NCBI GenBank assembly: GCA_963795055.1 | Contig: CAWCGJ010000026.1 | Span: 38,074-102,073 of the forward strand | Length of the DNA: 64,000 bases | DNA from: an uncultured Actinomycetota bacterium | Lineage (GTDB): Bacteria > Actinomycetota > Actinomycetes > Streptosporangiales > Streptosporangiaceae | Direction: 5' to 3' | The notes under the pieces: model-generated | The model's input: the letters and a program-made list of their open reading frames with translations, nothing else | Databases searched by the model: none | What the model was told of the DNA's origin: nothing | Shown here: one piece after another, positions 59,958 to 64,000 of the stretch | How positions within the stretch are numbered: position 1 is the first letter of the stretch | How the letters are laid out: each line of letters starts with the position of its first letter | Translations under genes and position numbers: made by a program

Positions 59958-61067
59958 GTGAGCGATGAAGACCAAGGCCATGGGTTCCTGATTGACTACC
60001 ACCCCGCGACCACCATCGACCGGGACTGGACCGCGCTGGCGGTTCACCGGCTGGAGGCCGACTTGCGCCGGAGCGCGGATACGCACCTGGTCAAGCTGCC
60101 GCTGGCCGGGCCCGTCGACCTCTACCTCAAGGACGAGTCCACTCACCCCACCGGCTCGCTCAAGCACCGGCTCGCCCGGTCGCTGTTCCTGTACGCGCTC
60201 TGCAACGGGTGGATCGGCCCCACCACGACGGTGGTCGAAGCGTCCAGCGGGTCCACGGCGGTGTCCGAGGCCTACTTCGCGCGGCTGATCGGGGTGCCGT
60301 TCGTGGCCGTGATGTCGCGTTCGACCAGCCCGGCCAAGATCGTCCTGATCGAACGCGAGGGCGGCCGGTGCCACCTCATCGACGACCCGGCCGCGGTCAG
60401 TGACGTGGCGGCCGAGCTGGCGCGCGAGCTGCACGGGCACTTCCTCGACCAGTTCACCTACGCCGAGCGGGCCACGGACTGGCGCGGCAACAACAACATC
60501 GCCGAATCGACGCTCGCCCAGATGTCCCTGGAACCGCACCGCGTGCCGTCGTGGATCGTGGTCGGCGCCGGGACCGGGGGTACCGCGGCCACGTTCGGCC
60601 GGTACCTGCGGCTGCGCGGTACCCCGACCAGGCTGTGCGTCGTGGACCCCGAGGGCTCGGCCTTCCTCCCGTCGTACCGGGGACAGGCAGCGGAATGTAC
60701 CGCGTCGCGTATCGAGGGCATCGGCCGGCCGCGGGTGGAGCCGTCCTTCGTGCCGACCGTTGTCGACCGGATGCTGGGAGTGCCCGACGGCGCCTCGGTA
60801 GCGACCATGCGCTTCCTGCGCCATCGCCTGGGCATCTCGGCCGGCCCCTCAACCGGCACCAACGTGTTCGGTGCCCTGCGGCTCGCCTGCGAGATGCACG
60901 CGGATCAATCGGCCGGCTCGATCGTCACGCTCATGTGCGACAGCGGCGCCCGGTATACCTCTACTTACGACGACGACGCCTGGCTCGCGGAGCAGGGCAT
61001 CAATATCAGCCCCTACCTGCCCGTGGTCGAACGGGCCTGGGACGACAAGGTCTGGTCTCATGACTGA
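59958..61067 (+). CDS. PLP-dependent cysteine-synthase / CBS-family enzyme
   Basis: About 369 aa from GTG 59958 (start uncertain). It has the PLP-lysine motif [23 protein letters not shown], and the phosphate loop [11 protein letters not shown]. Confidence 0.8.
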   Translation: MSDEDQGHGFLIDYHPATTIDRDWTALAVHRLEADLRRSADTHLVKLPLAGPVDLYLKDESTHPTGSLKHRLARSLFLYALCNGWIGPTTTVVEASSGSTAVSEAYFARLIGVPFVAVMSRSTSPAKIVLIEREGGRCHLIDDPAAVSDVAAELARELHGHFLDQFTYAERATDWRGNNNIAESTLAQMSLEPHRVPSWIVVGAGTGGTAATFGRYLRLRGTPTRLCVVDPEGSAFLPSYRGQAAECTASRIEGIGRPRVEPSFVPTVVDRMLGVPDGASVATMRFLRHRLGISAGPSTGTNVFGALRLACEMHADQSAGSIVTLMCDSGARYTSTYDDDAWLAEQGINISPYLPVVERAWDDKVWSHD

Positions 61068-61327
61068 CGATGACTACCAGCCGGTGGCCCTATCGCGGCG
61101 GCTCGACGCGCTGTGCAGCCGGCCGGGAAACCAGCCCAGCCCGTCGTAGGCGCGGCGAGCCGGGGCTGGTCCTGGGGGCCGACCCCCGTCGATTGAGGTA
61201 GTCGAAGTATGTCTTGTGTGTCCGTAGTCAGTACCCGAGCATGAGGATGTCGGGCAGGGCCGTCGCGCCAGCCCGCCTGCCGGATCTGGTCCGGCGCCCC
61301 GCGTATCTCTATCGGAGGGTGCGTGTC

Positions 61328-62806
61328 ATGACGGATGCGAACGAGCAGGTACCGAAGATCCTCGATCTGCCGATAGGCCTGGATGCCACCGGGATGCGGA
61401 AGGAGTTCGACAGCCTGGGCACGGTGGAGGTGCCCGCCAACCGGTACTGGGGGGCACAGACCCAGCGCAGCCTGGAGCACTTCAACATCGGCCACGACCG
61501 GATGCCGAAGGAGGTGTACCACGCCTACGGCTACGTGAAGAAGGCCGCGGCCGTGGTGAACACGGCGGCCGGCCGGCTCCCCGAGTGGAAGGGACACCTG
61601 ATCGAGCGCGTCTGCGACGAGGTGATCAGCGGGGCGCTGGATGAGGATTTCCCGCTGTACGTGTATCAGACCGGCTCGGGGACCCAGTCGAACATGAACG
61701 TCAACGAGGTCGTCTCCAACCGGTGCATCCAGCTGGTGGGCGGGACGCTTGGCTCGCAGGAGCCGATCCACCCCAACGATCATGTGAACATGGGTCAGTC
61801 GTCCAACGACACGTTCCCGACGGCCATGCACATCGCCGCGTACACGATGGCCACCACCAAGACGATCCCGGCGATCAAGCGGCTGCGGGAGGCCATCGAG
61901 GCCAAGGCGAAGCAATGGGCGGACGTGGTCAAGATCGGCCGTACCCACCTAGAGGACGCGGTCCCGCTGACCGTGGGGCAGGAGTGGTCGGGCTACGCGG
62001 GCGCCCTCGATGACGCGATCGCCGAGGCGCAGCACGCCACCGACGGGCTGCTGCAGGTGGCCATGGGCGGGACGGCCGTGGGCACCGGGCTGAACGCCCC
62101 GGCGGGGTTCGGCGAGCAGGTCGCGGCGCAGCTCGCGCAGATGACCGGGATGCCGTACGTGACCGCAGCCAACAAGTTCACCGCGCAGGGCACCCTGGAC
62201 CGGATGGTGCGAGCGCACGCCGGACTGAAGGCCGCGGCGGTCACGCTGTTCAAGATCGCCAACGACATGCGGTGGCTCGGATCGGGGCCGCGGACCGGGA
62301 TCCACGAGCTGATCTTCCCCTCCAACGAGCCCGGATCCTCGATCATGCCGGGCAAGGTCAACCCGACCCAGGCCGAGGCCATGCTGATGGTCGCCATCGA
62401 GGTCATCGCCTCCGACGTCGCCGTCTCGATGGGGGGCAGCGAGGGGAACTTCGAGCTGAACGCCTTCCGCCCGATCCTGATCGACAACTACCTGCACTCG
62501 GCGCTGATCATGGCCGACATGTGCGATCACTTCCGCAAGTTCATGATCGAAGGCGCCAAGCTCAACGAGGCCAAGCTCAAGGAGAACATCGACCGCTCGG
62601 TGATGATGGTGACCGCGCTGTCCCCGGTCATCGGCTACGACAAGGCCGCGGCCATCTCCTACTACGCCATCGACCACGACCTGACCCTCAAGGAGGCCGC
62701 GCTGGCCAAGGGCGTCACCGAGGAGCTGTACGACCGGGTCGTCATCCCGATCAACCTGACCCGCCCCGGCACGGCCGACGTCCCGTCCGGCAGCAAGAAA
62801 AACTGA
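61328..62806 (+). CDS. fumC: class II fumarate hydratase
   Basis: 492 aa from ATG 61328 (GGAGGG upstream). It has QTGSGTQSNMNVNEV, GRTHLEDAVPLTVGQE, and the lyase signature GSSIMPGKVNPTQAEA. PTQ(C/A)EA favours fumarase over aspartase. Confidence 0.9.
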   Translation: MTDANEQVPKILDLPIGLDATGMRKEFDSLGTVEVPANRYWGAQTQRSLEHFNIGHDRMPKEVYHAYGYVKKAAAVVNTAAGRLPEWKGHLIERVCDEVISGALDEDFPLYVYQTGSGTQSNMNVNEVVSNRCIQLVGGTLGSQEPIHPNDHVNMGQSSNDTFPTAMHIAAYTMATTKTIPAIKRLREAIEAKAKQWADVVKIGRTHLEDAVPLTVGQEWSGYAGALDDAIAEAQHATDGLLQVAMGGTAVGTGLNAPAGFGEQVAAQLAQMTGMPYVTAANKFTAQGTLDRMVRAHAGLKAAAVTLFKIANDMRWLGSGPRTGIHELIFPSNEPGSSIMPGKVNPTQAEAMLMVAIEVIASDVAVSMGGSEGNFELNAFRPILIDNYLHSALIMADMCDHFRKFMIEGAKLNEAKLKENIDRSVMMVTALSPVIGYDKAAAISYYAIDHDLTLKEAALAKGVTEELYDRVVIPINLTRPGTADVPSGSKKN

Positions 62807-62807
62807 G

Positions 62808-63638
62808 ATGAAAGCCCGCGAAGGGGACCGGACCGCCCGCATGGCCGAGCCGGTGGGCCGGGCGGCACTGATCGCGTCGGTGGGCGGCCAGCGGGGCTGG
62901 GCCGACTGGGCCAATCCCGCCCACCGGCTGCGGCGCTTGCTGGCCGAGTTCATCGGCATGTCCGGGCTGACGTTCGTGCTGTCCGGGGGCGCGGCCATCC
63001 TGGCCCGCTACGGTGGCCACGCCCTGCAGCCCTGGCAGACCGTTCTGGTGCTGTCGGCGGTCTCCGCGCTGTGGCTGGTGGTCGCGGTCTACTTCCTCGG
63101 CGACATCTCCGCCCACTTCAACCCGGCCACCACCCTGGCGTTCGCGCTGCGCCGCGACATGGGCCCGATCATGGCCGGCGTCTACTGGGTCGTCCAGCTC
63201 GCCGCGGCCGTGTGCGGGTCGCTGCTGGCCCGCGCGTTCTTCGGCCCGGCCGGGCACCTGGCCGCCACGATGCCCAAGCCGGGCCTGGCCTGGCAGGCCG
63301 CGGCGTTCGAGGCCATCATCACCTTCGGCCTGGTGCTCATGGTCCTGAACCTGGCCAACGGGCCCAAGCTCAACGGGCCGTTCGTCCCGCTCGCGGTCGG
63401 CGCCTACATCCTGGCCTGGGGCACCATGGGCGGCCCCTACGACGGCGCCTCCATGAACCCCGCCCGCAGCTTCGGGCCCGACGTGGCCATCGGGGACCTG
63501 TCCACCTGGTGGGTGTACCTGGTCGGACCCGTGGCCGGCGCCATCATCGCGGTCGGCGTGGCGCACCTGCTGCGCGGGCCGGCCAGGGCGCAGGAGGCCG
63601 CCGCGTCCGAGGGCACGCCGCTCGACCGCGGCGGCTGA
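62808..63638 (+). CDS. MIP-family channel (aquaporin/glycerol-facilitator-like)
   Basis: 276 aa. Two NPA boxes (HFNPATTLAF; SMNPARSFGP) and six hydrophobic helices are present. It starts 1 nt after the fumC stop. Confidence 0.9.
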   Translation: MKAREGDRTARMAEPVGRAALIASVGGQRGWADWANPAHRLRRLLAEFIGMSGLTFVLSGGAAILARYGGHALQPWQTVLVLSAVSALWLVVAVYFLGDISAHFNPATTLAFALRRDMGPIMAGVYWVVQLAAAVCGSLLARAFFGPAGHLAATMPKPGLAWQAAAFEAIITFGLVLMVLNLANGPKLNGPFVPLAVGAYILAWGTMGGPYDGASMNPARSFGPDVAIGDLSTWWVYLVGPVAGAIIAVGVAHLLRGPARAQEAAASEGTPLDRGG

Positions 63639-63641
63639 GCC

Positions 63642-64000
63642 TCAGCGCAGCGGCCTGAACGCCGCCCGGATCTCGGTCGCGAACAGTTCGGGCTCTTCCC
63701 AGGCGGCGAAGTGGCCGCCCTTGTCGACCTCGTGGAAGTAGGTGAGGTTGGGGTAGGACTTCTCGGCCCAGCTGCGCGGGGCCCGGAAGATCTCGCCGGG
63801 GAACGTGGTGAAGCCGGTCGGGAGCTTGACGTCCGGACGGGGCTTTCCGGCCGCGGCGATGGCGGCCTGGGTGTTCTCCCAGTACGACCGGGCCGCCGAG
63901 GCCCCGGTGCCGGTCAGCCAGTACAGCGTGATGTTGTCGAGGACGTGGTCGCGGGTCAGGCCGCCGGAGGGCTGCCCGTCGACAAAGGCGCGGGAGATCT
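63642..64000 (-). CDS. epoxide-hydrolase-like alpha/beta hydrolase (C-terminal part; gene runs off the right edge)
   Basis: Absent from the ORF track because it is open at the edge. Hand translation gives …LYWLTGTGASAARSYWEN…LPTGFTTFPGEIFRAPRSWAEKSYPNLTYFHEVDKGGHFAAWEEPELFATEIRAAFRPLR*. GGHFAAWEEPEL is typical of microsomal-type epoxide hydrolases. Confidence 0.7.
   Translation of the reverse strand, partial: ISRAFVDGQPSGGLTRDHVLDNITLYWLTGTGASAARSYWENTQAAIAAAGKPRPDVKLPTGFTTFPGEIFRAPRSWAEKSYPNLTYFHEVDKGGHFAAWEEPELFATEIRAAFRPLR

Noticed and set aside
61214-61327. Upstream start (61214) giving a 530-aa fumarase
   Set aside because: The extension is Arg-rich with no homology pattern. ATG 61328 has a GGAGGG RBS and yields a protein that begins shortly before the conserved N-terminal region.

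Overview
This is a 64-kb, high-GC (well above 70% by eye) chromosomal segment from an Actinomycetota genome. Lineage markers include an F420-type LLM oxidoreductase, a mycothiol-type DinB/DUF664 protein, LigD NHEJ domains and NarL/LuxR two-component systems. I call about 58 protein-coding genes or pseudogenes. There is no rRNA, no CRISPR array and no canonical tRNA.

Most of the window is ordinary metabolism and regulation: pgm, LigD, SDR, TetR, two sensor kinases, an ABC-2 exporter, lepB, otsA, a tcuAB/TPP-enzyme/ALDH/FAD/IclR catabolic cluster, fumC and an aquaporin.

Accessory or unusual content:
1. A lower-GC island of about 3.3 kb (about 20.15-23.48 kb). It holds a small Cys-rich protein plus 4-TM protein cassette of unknown family, a multiply frameshifted gene, and three LexA (Cheo-type SOS) boxes in a gene-poor stretch. 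A three-gene envelope operon with a tri-domain peptidoglycan hydrolase (23.5-28.5 kb) follows immediately.
2. An IS1182-family element with a frameshifted transposase. Next to it is a tRNA-like sequence whose 3' 52 nt is directly repeated about 100 bp away, and that repeat abuts a 5'-truncated FUSC gene.
3. A double-palindrome element of about 75 bp (GGATGAA-N4/5-TTCATCC, two sites) present twice in opposite orientation between convergent genes.
4. An orphan ParA/RHH pair.
5. Several otherwise intact genes with single frameshifts (FAD monooxygenase, MOSC, GH15, transposase), which could be assembly indels or real decay.

No tools were run. All family assignments rest on motif recognition in the supplied translations and on hand inspection of the DNA. 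Start codons are often uncertain by tens of codons.
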